A DNA stretch of 64,000 nt from NCBI GenBank assembly GCA_907165135.1, contig OU015569.1, forward strand, positions 2,542,001 to 2,606,000, in the 5' to 3' direction. Made by a program: the position numbers and the translations under genes. This document shows positions 34,460 through 48,468 of the stretch, piece after piece (within the stretch, counting starts at the first letter, position 1; every line of letters begins with the position of its first letter). The stretch is from Oikopleura dioica (Eukaryota; Animalia; Chordata). The notes beneath the pieces were generated by a model. It was not told the origin of the DNA. It searched no databases and was given only the letters and a program-made list of their open reading frames with translations.

Positions 34460-37448
34460 TCATCCGAGTTTTGGAGATAAAGCAGAGAGAGTCACTAAAA
34501 TCGCTTCTTCCGTTCGTATCGTTCGCGAGCCTTGATTAGGGCACGTATTCAGCCACTAAAAATCATCATCACTAGCTTCGGAAACTGTCCGAAAAATCTC
34601 TAGCTGCAAAAGAATAAATCGGTAGTCCGGGCCATACTCGAAATCCATGCACAAAAGGCACAATGGGCAACGTGGAGTTGCCGAAGCTAGCATTAATAAT
34701 TACCGATTTGAAAGAATGCTCAAGGCCTACGTTTATATAAATACAAGTCAGGGAAAAGGTTCAATGAAAAGCCTAAAACTATTCTCCGCTTCGTGGCTAT
34801 TCATTGGAGCTTTTTCAGGCTAAAAGTTTCAACACCCTGACTCAGGTTTCCTACATATCTTGCCGAGCCAAGAATTGAGTCTGAAGGGCGCTTACCATAT
34901 CAAACAAATCTGTCACGCTTTCAATTCCGTTTTCCTTCAATTCTGGATCCTGGTCAAAGCTATACTCAAGTCCTTTCACGCCGCCAAAGACGACCATGAT
35001 GTGCTTGGCTTTTTGAGGCTGCATCTTCTTGACTGGCGTTCCTCGCTCCGACGTCCCAAGGATCAAGTCGTAGTTTCCTTCCCAGGGCGAATGCATAAAA
35101 ACCTGAAAAAAAGCTGATTCAAGAACTGGATTTGACCTCTTAAGAGCTACCTGTCCGAGTGAATTGGCAAGACGAACTTGATAGCCCCAGTAAGTCCCCG
35201 ATTCTTCGCGTACTTGCGCGGCTGTAACAAGTTTTCCCGTCAAGTAGCGTCCGTCTTCTCGTTGCTCATCATCTATAAAATTTACGTGAACCCTCTTGAA
35301 AATGAAAATTTACAAACCAAGCTTGACAGTCACTCTTGAAAACGCAGGAGCTTCTTTTTCAACTCGCACGTCGTGCTCGATACCGCAGTTGATCCAAGAT
35401 CCTTTGCCCTTCTTCTTTCCTGGTGGTCTGTCCTTTCTCTGGCTTTTCGGTTCATTCGTTGATAGCTCTCGTAAATCAGGAATGATCGAATTCAAGCCTT
35501 GCCTGCACAATTCCTTCTCTATACTTGGAAAATTCACTCGCTCGAAGATGATGCGGCGTATCAAGGGGATTCAACAAACCAGCGTACTTCAAATCTTTGT
35601 GAACAGGGAAGAGGTCTTTTCGCAGGTACTGAGGGCATTCCAAGTATTCTGAAAGGCGCAAGAAAAAGTATTGATGCGTCAAGAGGAAGGAAGCTTACGT
35701 AAAATTCGACCAAGTGTTTGATTCGGGTTTCCTTTCTTTTTGACCCCAGAGAACTCGCCGGTTGTATCTTCAGCTGCTTCGCCGGATTCGTCGAAAATGA
35801 CAATCTCGTCGACGTTGAAGACCACACACGCACGAGCTATTTGACCAGCTAGATATGTCCTACAGAAGTTGTAATTGAAAACGAACCCGAGAAAGAAGAC
35901 AAACCTAAGTTCGAAGCTTTGAGCATTATCAAGAATCGATCCCGGTAAAGCGATCGACAGCGTCCAATCTCGTCCAACAGGTTTTTCTTCTTCCTCAGCT
36001 TCTTCCGCTGCTTCATTCGATGGTCCGGAAACTTCTGCTCCTTTTGTTTTTCTTTCTTTCTTGCGCTTCTTTTCTTTCGCAAAGGCTTTAGCCGAGTAGA
36101 ACATTTAAAAAGTAACCAGGGTCTCGAAAAATTGGAAGTGCGGTGGGTGTGGAAACGCGCTCTCGAGCGCTCCACTTCTGCGCGCTGGAAGTGCGTGTTT
36201 AAAAAAACCGCGAGCTGGTCGTGGAGCCACTCCCGGCGCTGGTCGTGCCACGCCCGCGATTGGAAGTGCGCGCTTGGGGCTGGAAGTGCACACCCGGAGT
36301 GACGCGCCTTTTCGATTGTGCCCGGGCTCGGCAACCTGAGTACAGGGTTCAGAAAATTTTTCTCGATTTTTACTCAGGAACTAAGGTCAGGGTTTTTCAC
36401 CCAGTCAGGTACTCTCAGGAAAAACCTTTTTTCGACCAATTTCGCAGATAAAAATTCTAATCATTTCATTTTGGCCAGATGATTTATAACCTCACAATCC
36501 TGTAATCACAAAATCGCAAATATTTTTGACGATGCAAATTGACCCTTTTTTGTGCTTATTTTTTTTTTATGATTTGATGCTTATTTTGTTAAATTTTTAT
36601 ATATTATATCAAGTTTTAAGAGAACTTTTGTGAATAAAAGTTAGCTTTAGCCCATTAGAAGGAGGTTTTTGCCGAAGTTTTTAAAAGTCAAGTAAAAATT
36701 TTCTGGCAGTCAATTATTTTAACTCAAAATTAATTCTATTATGAAAGGAAAGGACTAGTTAAGTGAGTTCAATCTATGTTTATTCAATTTCAGGTTGTTC
36801 CGGTAGGTAGGCGATAAAACCCCGAAATCGACAAAAAAGGGCTTCCGGGTTGAGAACGAACTTTTTTTGGTTCGTTTCAAGGTTTTCTGTGGGGCGGGCT
36901 ACTCACTTTCCCCCTAGCGCGTTTGCACTTCCAGCCTCGGGCGTGGAAGCGAGTCCACGACCACCGCGCGGAAGTGCAAGGGGAGAGGGCGCGCTTGCAC
37001 ATCCACCGCACGTCCAAATTTTCGAGACCCTGAAAGTAACAAGAATGATCTGAAATGAGAATTCAAGCAAGTAAGCCTTTCCTAATTCTTTGATCTTGGT
37101 CTTTTCCGTGTCCTCGTCCAGGTCGGCTTCCAGCGTCTCTTTAACTTGCGCTAGATGTTTCTGTTTTCTTTCAAGCCGCTCCAGTCGTCGTTTTTTCCGT
37201 TCTTCAGCGTCCTCCAACTTCTTTCTCCTCTTCCGTATCAGCGCGGGCGTCAGTTTCTTTCCCTTCTTCTCCGCCAGTTCTTCTAGCTTTGCTCGTTCCT
37301 CTGGTTCAAGGGTTTCCAGATGCGCGGCTACTTCTTCCTCCCGCTCTGCCGCCTCGAGATCTCGCTCTTCCTGGGCAGAGGGCTTTTCTGGAACGGGAAT
37401 ATTCGACAGCTCTTTTAGCTCTTCTTCTGTCGGAATCGTCACGACCAT
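34460..37448 (-). CDS. SPOUT1: SPOUT-domain methyltransferase SPOUT1/C9orf114 with a charged N-terminal extension
   Basis: WTLSIALPGSILDNAQSFELRTYLAGQIARACVVFNVDEIVIFD; QYLECPQYLRKDLFPVHKDLKYAGLLNPLDTPHH; YWGYQVR; LILGTSERG; WLNTCPNQGSRTIRTEEAILVTL. Stop at 34460. Confidence 0.93.
34745..34869. mobile_element. Family A MITE remnant in the last SPOUT1 intron
   Basis: accctgactcaggtttcctacatatcttgccgagcc right terminus. Confidence 0.55.
36117..37032. mobile_element. Non-autonomous hAT-like element (916 bp) in SPOUT1 intron 1
   Basis: TIR CAGGGTCTCGAAAA(A/T)TTGGA(A/C)GTGCGGTGG(G/A)TGTG at both ends. 8-bp TSD AAAGTAAC at 36109-36116 and 37033-37040. Subterminal GGAAGTGC repeats. A family A-like fragment is nested at about 36320-36425. 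Confidence 0.92.
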
Positions 37449-38688
37449 CTTTCTTTTTAATTCAAGCTCTGAAAAAGTAAAACTGGCAAACTAATTCTAA
37501 TATTTCGAAATAAAGAACTCTCAGAAACAAAATTTTCTATCAACCCTCGATTTCGGATTGATCATACTTTCAACCAACAGCCTCCCAAAGCCTTTTGTGG
37601 CTTTGTGTAAAACATCAAGAAGCGCGGTTAATTTTTGGTTACTCGCAAGCGGCTTCTCGATTTTCAACAGTGATTCCTCCGTAGAAAAGTCGAGGTTCCA
37701 GCGAAATAAGTGGATCCGAAATAAGAATCGCAGTAACAATAGGCCGATACAGTCGCACAACGCTTCAAAAGTAGCATGAAAAGTGATGAATATATTTTCA
37801 AACTGGCTGAAATCGATAACGACAACCATGAAACTCCTTACAGTTGTGTGAGGAGTTCCCGCACCCCTAAAGAGCGGGTAAAAGGTGCGGACACGCAGCA
37901 GTGCTGCGGCAGCACTCACTTTCGCTACTTCTAGAAGAAAATAGTAGAAAAATAATCCGATCCTCAGCTAGAGTGAAAATGAGTATTTTCCTCCTGTCAG
38001 TCTTCAAGGAAATCCATCATATGTCTGACCTCGCTAATAGTTTCTACTCAACTTCGCGCGAGACAACCTATTCTCACACCTATCGACCCTCAAGTGGATG
38101 AATTCCTAACGCTAATCTCAAGAACAATGCTAAGAAAGAGTCAGTAGTGGGTTTTTTATAATATTTTTTTTATTCGTCACAGAAACACAAATTTGCAAAT
38201 GGTGGTACACGATGAAAGGGATGAGCAACAAAAGCGTCAAACCCGAGATGTCAATAAATAGCAATAAGGCCCGAATCAGATGCCCGATTTTTTGGAAAAT
38301 TATCAGGATATTAGAGGTTGAACTTTCTAGTCAGGTGGTGGTGAATGAAATTAAGTTATTCTGAAAACGAGTCTGATTTTGGTCGGTAAAGAGTAACATT
38401 TTTGAAGTACCATTTAACCTAGGATCGAAAAAAAGTGTCTCGTGATGGGTTTTTCCTTCTCACGTGCTTCCACAGAAAAGTGGAAGCAGGGAGGTCGGAA
38501 AGAGGGGTAAGGAAACAGCCGGGAGCGCTCGCGCGCTCACCGACGGCAGAAGAAAGTTGTTGTTGTTTGTGGCAGGAATTCAAGGGGCGACAGGGCACAG
38601 TACACTCCTGAGGGTTGAAACTCAGAAGCGACGAGTGTCCCAGCCGGCCCAAGAGCCCGATTTCAGCGTTGAAACCAGTCGGGAGGTT

Positions 38689-40406
<1,718 letters not shown>

Positions 40407-40937
40407 TCAAGAATCTGAAGTAGAGGAGGATGAGATTTAAGAAAAGAGATATTAGGGTAATACAGACGGAAGAAAAATTAACTAAGGGATTTAACGCGCT
40501 TAGAAGGAAAGCCGCGCAGCGGCTTTTCATTAGAAGAGGGAGGGCTAGAATTAATGGGATGGACAACGGTAAAGGATAAATGTTGGGGATTGAGAAAAAG
40601 TTCTCTGAGGAAAAAATCTTCGGAAAATCGTGCATCTCTCTGCGTCGCGAATTGAGTTTTGAGTCTCTGTCGGTCTAAACGGGCCGGGGGAAGAGCCCTG
40701 GTGGCGATTGAGGTGCGTGGGCGGCGGCGGAGTGCGCTGAATGGCGCGCTAAGCTTCACGTGGCGCGGCCAGCCACAGCGCCGCCCATTCGCCAACAGGC
40801 ACCAGCGCCACATCAGCAGCGCACAAAACGCGCACTAACGCGCTCAATTCCCACGCTGCCGCCAATTTTCAAATCCACAATTATGAAATTTTACTTATTC
40901 ACTCTATGAGAACATCATGTCTTTTCCGTCATTTTAA

Positions 40938-41620
40938 GGGTACCTAGGTCGAGTTTGGACACCCCCTTAAATTATTTTCTGACCGTAAAATCGGATTCTT
41001 CAGGTTCTGAGAAACAAAAAACTCTATTATGACCCTATAGATATATTAACGTTTTCACCGTCAAAAACCACTTCAAAGTTAAAAATCTAAAGGAAATGCT
41101 AGCGCCTCGAATTTGGACGAAAAAATTTTCATCTTCGATTTTGATGATTAGGGGCTTAAATGAAAGCTTATGGCCAGATTAACATCGTAATGAAGCTTAA
41201 AATTGCCCCAGAAAATTAAATTCATCTCAAAATGGGGGAAAATGAAAGCTTACTAAGCAAAAATGCAGAATTCGCGAAGACTAGTCCAAACTTTTGAAAA
41301 TTTAATTAAGAAAATTTTTGAATTTCATCAAAAGCTACTGACAAAATTTAGATGAGGGTCTGAAATTTATATTTCAGGCTTAAAAAAGGGGGGTTGCTTA
41401 GGCAGATTTCTCGGAATTTCGCCATTTAGTTGGTCCATTTTCGGCAAGTTGCCAACTTTGACGGGTTAGATTTCCAAGAAAATATTGACGAATCATTAAA
41501 AGCTACTGACAAAAGTGAGATCTAGCTATGATCTTTCAAAAAAGCTATTGTACGAATTGTTAGCCCTTCCAGGTTCCCAAGAATAAACCCTTAAAGTCGG
41601 CCATCTCGACCCAGGTACCC
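40938..41620. mobile_element. Non-autonomous TTAA-flanked TIR element (683 bp), Kolobok-like
   Basis: TTAA|GGGTACCTAGGTCGAG ... CTCGACCCAGGTACCC|TTAA (TIR 15/16 match); no ORF. Confidence 0.85.
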
Positions 41621-42338
41621 TTAATCAATAATTTTAATAATCATAATTTAATTTTAATAACTTTATCGTTAAAACTCCTTCCTCGAGAAATAAATTGATA
41701 GATGAAATAAACATAAAATAAAAATAAATAATTTTGCTTCTTTGTAATGTGGAGCATATCATTTCGTTAATCAAAAGATTTCGACCGTCTTCGAAATGTT
41801 ACGTTAGGGAAAAGAAGATTCTCGACTTTTAGATGATTCCGTAACGTCATTCGAATTACGAATTTTCAATCTTGCCATTAAAATATTTCTCACTAATTAA
41901 AATATAAATTTTATCATGTTATTCAAATTCTTGTTAAGAAGAATTCTTACTTTAACGGGAAAATAAGTCTGAAAGTATAGCAACCAACCTTTATTTGTTA
42001 GAAAACTCTTTCTAAATTGAGAAAATAGGGTACTTCCGGCCCTTTTTATTCCTGAAATAATAGTGAATCATAAAATCCTCAATTTTGTCAAGAATTGAAG
42101 TCAAAGATGATCTTTTATGTTAATCTTCATTCTACGGTAGCAAAAGAAAAGTAGCATTGATTTTCTTTTCGTAAATCGCTTTTTCAGAAGAGCAAACTAT
42201 CAACGTCAATGACGCACCATTGTGGCTTCCACGTGAGAGCCTGCCTGGCCAGATTCCGATCTGGTTTGATTTTGTAGCGATGAGTCTCCTCCCTGCTCAA
42301 ATTCCATGCTTGGACTCGGAATATGGCCTGAGGAACCT

Positions 42339-42600
42339 GTCTAGAAACCTGCATCAGGGTCTAAAGAGATTCAATGAATAGCCGTGCGGGGGCTTTCGAT
42401 AAACGAAGCCGCAAAGCGGGTTTGCGAAAATAACCAATCCATTAATTTTTTTGACCCTGACTCAGGTTTTTACGGTGTCAGATCTTCAGAGTCAGAATTA
42501 GATATGATTGTGGTTTGGTTATTTTCGTCTTATCGAAAACCGCTACGCTGCTTCTTATTTTAATCCTGACTCAGGTTTTCAAACAGGTTTCTGAGCCGAG
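42339..42600. mobile_element. Family A MITE plus a second right end
   Basis: aacctgtctagaaacctgcatcagggtc ... gaccctgactcaggttttt (to about 42473); cctgactcaggttttcaaacaggtttctgagcc (to about 42597). Confidence 0.75.
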
Positions 42601-42835
42601 ATCAGAAAAAATTAATGTTTCTGTGAATCTGATATTTGACGCCTTGAGTTTGGAATTTGAAAAGGAAGAAATCGAAGACAAGGAGGAATGAATGATTTTG
42701 AATTAAATTTAATTGAAGAAATTGAACTGGGAAGTGCTGGTTTTGATAGTTTCAGTTTATCGTTATTTACAGGCTTTTGTTTTTTTCGCTTTACATGTTC
42801 TGTAGTTTACTGCAGAGTGGGAGGGTCTTGCTGGG

Positions 42836-44780
42836 TCAGAGGTAGATGAGGACGTGCATTTCCATGTTTTTGGAGTGTTTCTTCATCTGGTGCATTCTGA
42901 GCTTGGACTTGCTCGAGTAGAACTTGCCACAGTCGGGGCACGTGAGCCGTCCTGGCCGCCCTGAACTTTGATGAACAAGCTGCCGCGGATGATGGTGGTG
43001 GCTGGAGGAGCTTCGGCGACAAGGTGTGTCTGAAGGAGAAATATTCATATTTGCAGCCAAGTTTATGTTATCGATGCTGATCTCTGAGTGACTTTTTTTC
43101 GCTGGAGTTACGATTGTTACTAAAGTAAAATAACTTCTTAAAATTGAGAAGCCGCTTGCGGTTACGAGTAAAATGAGACGGAAAAGCCGCGTTTTCTCTT
43201 ACTCGCAAGAGGCAAGAAATTATACTTTAGTTACAATCGTAACTCCAGCGAAAAAAAGTCACATACAGATCAGAATCCCTAATTAATTATAATAATAATT
43301 ATAATTATGACGAACCATGCTCGCCGCCGCCATTTGTATTTCGCGAAACCTCGAGCTGCTGGACTTTTCTACAGGCAGCGCGGTGCTCGCTGTGCACTAG
43401 AATGTGCGCGTGGAGGGAGCCGGCGATGTGGAAGCGTTTCCCGCAATACTCGCAAATGTGCAGCGGCATTGTATCGAACGGAGCTGTTTTTGGGGCTCCA
43501 CATTTGTATTTGTGAAAGCAGACATTTTATCTTTAGATTGTCATGGTTTAGATGGGGTTCATCTTTCTAGCCGCGCGCGGCTTAAAAAGATAAATCCAGG
43601 AAATTATGAAAAGGCAACTTTTTACAATCGAGGTTCCAATCACTAGGCCAAGAAGTAAGTGTTGGCTTGAGTGGGCAATTACGCGCCTAAGAAAAGAGCT
43701 TTGTTTATTGAGCCCGAATGTCCCGGATATTTTTGCCTGATACTTTGTTTTTCTAGCGGATTAGAATCGCTCGCTGCGTGAAATAGGGATTGTCTATTTA
43801 GGTAGAAAATTGCTCCAAACTGAGCAAATTGGGGAACTGTGCTGCGGCCCAGATTTGGCTTTGAAATGTAGGTCAAATGTCTCGGTGGAGCCCCGCGCCT
43901 GTCGTGCCTGTGTTTGCGGTTAAATTTTCCGATGAGGCGGAGAGCGAGCACGGAGGGGCGATTGGCATGTTTTCGCAGGACGAGCTGGACAACTGCCGGG
44001 GAAAACTCATCGAATCGATCGATGGCGGAATCGTGGGATCCTAAAACAAGTTTTTTTCTAATCTTATCGGAACTTAATACGCAACCATTTCCTTGAGAAA
44101 TGTTCTCATGGGAGGGAACTCCAAAACTTGCAATCTTTGAAAAACATTCAAAAGCCGCGTGCGGCTTTTTTAAACAATGTCTTCGAAGGCAGGGCTGTGA
44201 ACAAACCCTGAGTAAGGATCCTGGAAATCCTTCAGTAAAAAGCCCCGTAGAGGTTTATTTTAATCACGAAGCCGAATAGCGGCTTCGCTAAAATAACATA
44301 TTGAATCAGGATTAGGATTACTTGTGTTGCCGAGTCCGGATTGAAGACTCCAATTTACTTACTGTGGAATCATTATGGTTCAAATCGAGTTTGGGAGTTG
44401 AGAAAGTCGAGTCATTGAATTCTTCCAAATGAGAAGAAACATCGAGCGCGGGGTTGATCGCTGATGAGTGAATTGGCGGCAGTGGGGCTTCAATGACCGA
44501 GGTGGGGGAGGAATCAGACTCGGAACTGCTCGAAGAACAGCTAGAGGAGGAGGATACTCGATCCATCGCCAGGCGGATCTCTTCATGTCCTGGAAAGCAC
44601 TCATAACTTTTTCAAGGATAGCCATAAGCACCTTTTTAAAACGCGTTAACTTTAGGTATGGCTGCCCCCTTCCCTGCTCATGTATTTCGTCTTCTTTGTT
44701 GAAAGTTGCTCTCTGTAAACATCTATCGAGTCGTTGATATCTAGCCAGATTCTCTTTCGTGTTTCATGCAACATAAATGC
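42836..44780 (-). CDS. Probable C2H2 zinc-finger protein with Ser-rich region; exon chain and 5' end uncertain
   Basis: The terminal exon encodes CPDCGKFYSSKSKLRMHQMKKH (C-x2-C-x12-H-x4-H). Ser/Pro-rich ORF 44318-44566 ends at a GT donor. Linkage between them is inferred. Confidence 0.55.
43088..43262. mobile_element. Family B fold-back MITE
   Basis: About 52-bp near-perfect inverted repeat gtgactttttttcgctggagttacgattgttactaaagtaaaataacttctt / aagaaattatactttagttacaatcgtaactccagcgaaaaaaagtcac; internal aagccgc motifs. Confidence 0.85.
44195..44312. mobile_element. Family A MITE, degenerate
   Basis: cagggctgtgaacaaaccctgagtaagga ... aagccgaatagcggctt ... tgaatcagga. Confidence 0.55.
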
Positions 44781-45960
44781 CGTCTCAGCCTATTTCGAGG
44801 AAAAAGGATGAAATGGCCGAGAAAAAACGGCACTCCGGCAATATGCGCCTAGTGGGAGCGCGCAGTCACCGTGTTTGAATTGCGCGCAAGTGGCGCCCTG
44901 GGGCATGCCGAGCTCTCATTGGCCTGGGTAACGCACACAGGCTGTCTCTTGAAAGAAAAGGGATTGGCGTGGGTTCCTCAATCGATTTTGAACTCGATTC
45001 AGAAATGATAAACGTAAGCACATCTACTCAAACTCAAGTACTCTCGCCTTACAGTCTGAAGTTCATTTTCTTACTGTATTTATATGAAATACTTTCTTAG
45101 CTAATAAGCTTAGTTTTCTCCCTTTTAAGAAGGATTTTTTTTATAAAAGACCGAAGATTTAAATTTTCTTTGGAAAACAACTTTTTGATATTAGATGTGA
45201 GCATCCTCAAGAGTTTTAAAGATGATGAAGTTATTCAAGAAAAAAAGTTCTGATTCACATAATACAATCAACAACAAATTATTTCATCCTCCATTGCACT
45301 TTATCAACTTGAAGAGGTCCCATAAAAAAACATTCTGGGAATCGGTGCTAGACTCCTCACAGCTGAGTGCTAAGGCATTTACCCACGATGCAGGTGATTC
45401 GTGTTTATAGCAGTCAGCTGCGAAAAAAGGCAGATTAGGCTCCTCCCTCGCATCCTGCCCAGCGAGTACTCGAAATCAGGATCTGCACGGCGTGATACGG
45501 AGTTTCAGCTCAGTAGTCGCAACTTTGATAAGATCCAAATCGCTTTCCCAAGAAGCAAAACACAAAGCAGCGAAAGAAAGGAAGCTGCGAATTTCATGGC
45601 GCCAACTTTCTCCTTTGATAATGTTTTACGAGTCCTGGGCGAGCGTGACAAATCGTCGGAGAACTCGCTTTTTATGTTGCTGGCCCAAATAAAATTAGTA
45701 TTTCTTTCCGGCCGCAGTTGCGAACAAAATAAATGGAAGACTTTTTCCGGTCAGCTGCCGGCGTGAAAATCTGGAGCTCACTCTTTCTTCCTGATAAACA
45801 AGAAAAATCGACGAGCAGCGGGCGTAAAATCGACGACAGCCGATTCAATAGAGGATTGATCCGTGGGTTTATTGGGTACTCATCAATCACGTGTATAAAG
45901 ACGAAGATACTGAATACAGAAAAGATTTTACTGGCCCAGTAATCATTGAAGAATTTCTTT

Positions 45961-46088
45961 CTTGGCTCAAAAACCTGTGTAGAAACCTGAGTCAGGGTCC
46001 TGAAAAAGCTTGAAATAACTATCCGCGGATTCGATTTTATTAAAGCGCTCTGAAGACCCTGACTTAGATTCAGATTTCTACACAGGTT
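45961..46088. mobile_element. Family A MITE
   Basis: aacctgtgtagaaacctgagtcagggtc ... gaccctgacttagattcagatttctacacaggtt. Confidence 0.85.
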
Positions 46089-46149
46089 CTTATTCCCAGT
46101 TTTTATTATTATTATTGCTCTTTATTTGATGATAAATAAATGAGAGTAA

Positions 46150-46342
46150 TGTTGTGGTAACGATTTGCCTTGCAAGAGAATTGGAGAGCAATTATCCGCG
46201 GTTTTTATAAAAGCGTATATTAGGCTAGTTTTCAAGTTAAAGAGTGAACAGAAAACGAGGCTTGCGCCGGCGAAAGTTATGAACAGCAGGTGCACGAGGC
46301 GAATCTCCAAATAAGGGAATCGGCAGATTCGCGATCACAACA
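46150..46342 (-). repeat. 3' LTR (193 bp)
   Basis: Direct repeat of 51375-51567; TG..CA ends with a 7-bp inverted terminal repeat. Confidence 0.97.
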
Positions 46343-46349
46343 TCCCCCC
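46343..46349 (-). promoter_or_regulatory. Polypurine tract GGGGGGA abutting the 3' LTR
   Basis: Plus-strand tcccccc immediately adjacent to the LTR. Confidence 0.85.
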
Positions 46350-46468
46350 AGATTCGACTGGCGTGAAGGTTGACCGACGCAGAGTCCAAGTTGGTGACGA
46401 GAGCGGGTTCGTCGACTTGAAGCCTCCTCGTTGTCTTTTCTGATCAAATAGTGATAATAAATGATTTG

Positions 46469-48468
46469 TTATGATCTTGCTTGGAAAGGTACAGTCTTTT
46501 TCCGGGCGCGCCGCGGATATCTTTCGGTGAACGATGAGGCCGGTTCAGCGTCGGGTCGTTTCTTAACAACGGGGTTCTCGGGTTGATTTTGGCCGCAATA
46601 ATCCGGGTCCAGGTGCTGTGGACGGTCCTTGTAGAGAATACAGTGATGTCGGTGTACCCAACTGAGCTTTCCACTAATGTCCAGTCGAACTATAACGCCA
46701 TTAGTGTCCACCACTTCAAAGGGTCCATTCCAAGCGCCCTTGCTCTCCTTCGTTTCCGCGGACATGGGTCTTTTTAGCAGAACTCTGTCGCCTTTGGTTA
46801 TCGTTATTGGTTCAATTATAGATTTTCCCTTATTTTTAGCGACGAGGTCTGCTTCCGATTGAGCTAAATCGACGAGCTTGTGGACGCGGCTTAGGGTCGC
46901 GGCTATTTCAGTGGCGTACGTTTTTGGAGAATCCGCGGATGGGTTTTCGGCCATTTGTATTCCGTCGAACGAAGGTTTTCTTCCGTAAATAATTTCGAAT
47001 GGCGAGACGCGCGTTGCCACATTTTTGCATTTATTCATAGTACTCACCACTGATGGTAGAACTAATTCCCAACACAGATTTCGTTCCAAGGCGATTCCAT
47101 ATAACGCATTTTTGAGAACACGGTGCGATCGCTCTAGGCATCCAGTACTTTCCGGGCGATAAGGAACATGTAAATTCTGCTTGACTCCAAGCAAATGACA
47201 AAGCTCACTCAGCATTTCATTTCGGAAATGTTTACCTTGGTCGCTGCTGATAATCTTCGGGAAATCGTACAATAGAATGTGACGCATAATTTGGCGAGCA
47301 GCGTCACTTGCTCGGCACCTCGCAGTCGGATAAACTGACAAGAAACGACTGTATCCATCCATAATGGTTAATGCGTATGATTTACCGGTTTTCGATCGCT
47401 CGAGTTGTATAAAGTCGACATAAATGATTTCCCATGGTCGCTTGGCACGGTAAAGGGTCTGCATATCTGGTTTACCTTTCTGCATGTCCTGGCCTTTTCT
47501 TTTCAGGCAAATGTCGCAACTTGAGACAAATCCGCGGATATCGTCCAATTGGTCGGGCCACCACGACCATGATAGCAATTCCCTTGTTCGATCAACTCCG
47601 GTGTGCGCTTTGTGATGAGCAGCTTTTAAATAGTGAGGAATAAGGCTTTTGGGAAGCACAAGGCACTTCTTTTCCCCCCAGTTGATCGTCAAGGCTTTAC
47701 TCTCCGGATGGATTTCCAATTTTTTCGACCAGCGTTTGTATGATTCTATGCCGTAAAGACTATCTGGGACTTGCCATTTTTCCGCGGATATTTTGTTTTC
47801 TACAAAGTTTTTTACTGTACCTATGAGTTTATCTTCTGATTGAGCATTTTCAATTATCCGCAGCTCCAGGATAGGTACGTTTTCGCTCAGAACTCCTGTG
47901 GCAGCTGATTTTAAAGCATAAATTTCCGCGGCGACTTCTTTGTTTTCGAGGAGCATTTTCTGTGGTAAACTTTCACCACCGCACCATGACGGGATATAAA
48001 TTATGAGGTCGCTCTCTCCGGCCGGATTGTAGAATTTTCCTGCCAGTTCGTCGCTTGGTTTTTCGTTTTTCGCACAGACTTTGTGCCACGGTCGTGACAA
48101 TATATCTGCCAGGCAATTGTCTTGTCCTTTAATGTACTGAATTGTAAATCGAAACTTACTGAGTCGATCTTGCCATCTTTGGAGCTTGTCGTTTGCCATT
48201 ATTTTCTTGTCCAAGGCGCATAAAGCTTTGTGATCGGTGAGGCATAAGAATGGCTTTCCCTCCAAATAATATGAAAATTTCTCGATTGTCATCAATAGTG
48301 CGAAAGCTTCTCGTTCCGTCGTTGACCATTTCGATTCTGTTGACGACAGTGTTTTCGAATAAACGGCGATCAGTTTTTGTTTGTTGCCGAATTTTTGCAT
48401 AATGGCTCCTCCAATAGCCACTTTGGATGCATCGCAAACGACCACAAATGGTCGAGAAAAATCAGGAG
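46469..48468 (-). CDS. pol: Pol, RNase H plus integrase part
   Basis: PDFSRPFVVVCDAS..(RNase H), WSTTEREAFA, TDHKAL, NCLADILSR. Integrase HHKAH..CDIC, YVDF, SSDQG, LERSHR, GAWNGPF (GPY/F). Confidence 0.95.

Noticed and set aside
35466-35508. GC-AG intron in SPOUT1 (cag|GCaagg)
   Set aside because: A canonical GT donor 6 nt upstream (att|GTgcag) gives an in-frame 43-nt intron, so a non-canonical site is not required.
45222-45960. Plus-strand ORF fragments as a gene or transposase relic
   Set aside because: No recognisable motif and no consistent exon chain could be built; left unannotated.
46122-46310. ORFs MEIRLVHLL.. at 46122-46310 and 51158-51535 as signal-peptide or env-like genes
   Set aside because: They are the same reading frame through the two LTR copies and diverge as soon as the LTR ends; no env features.
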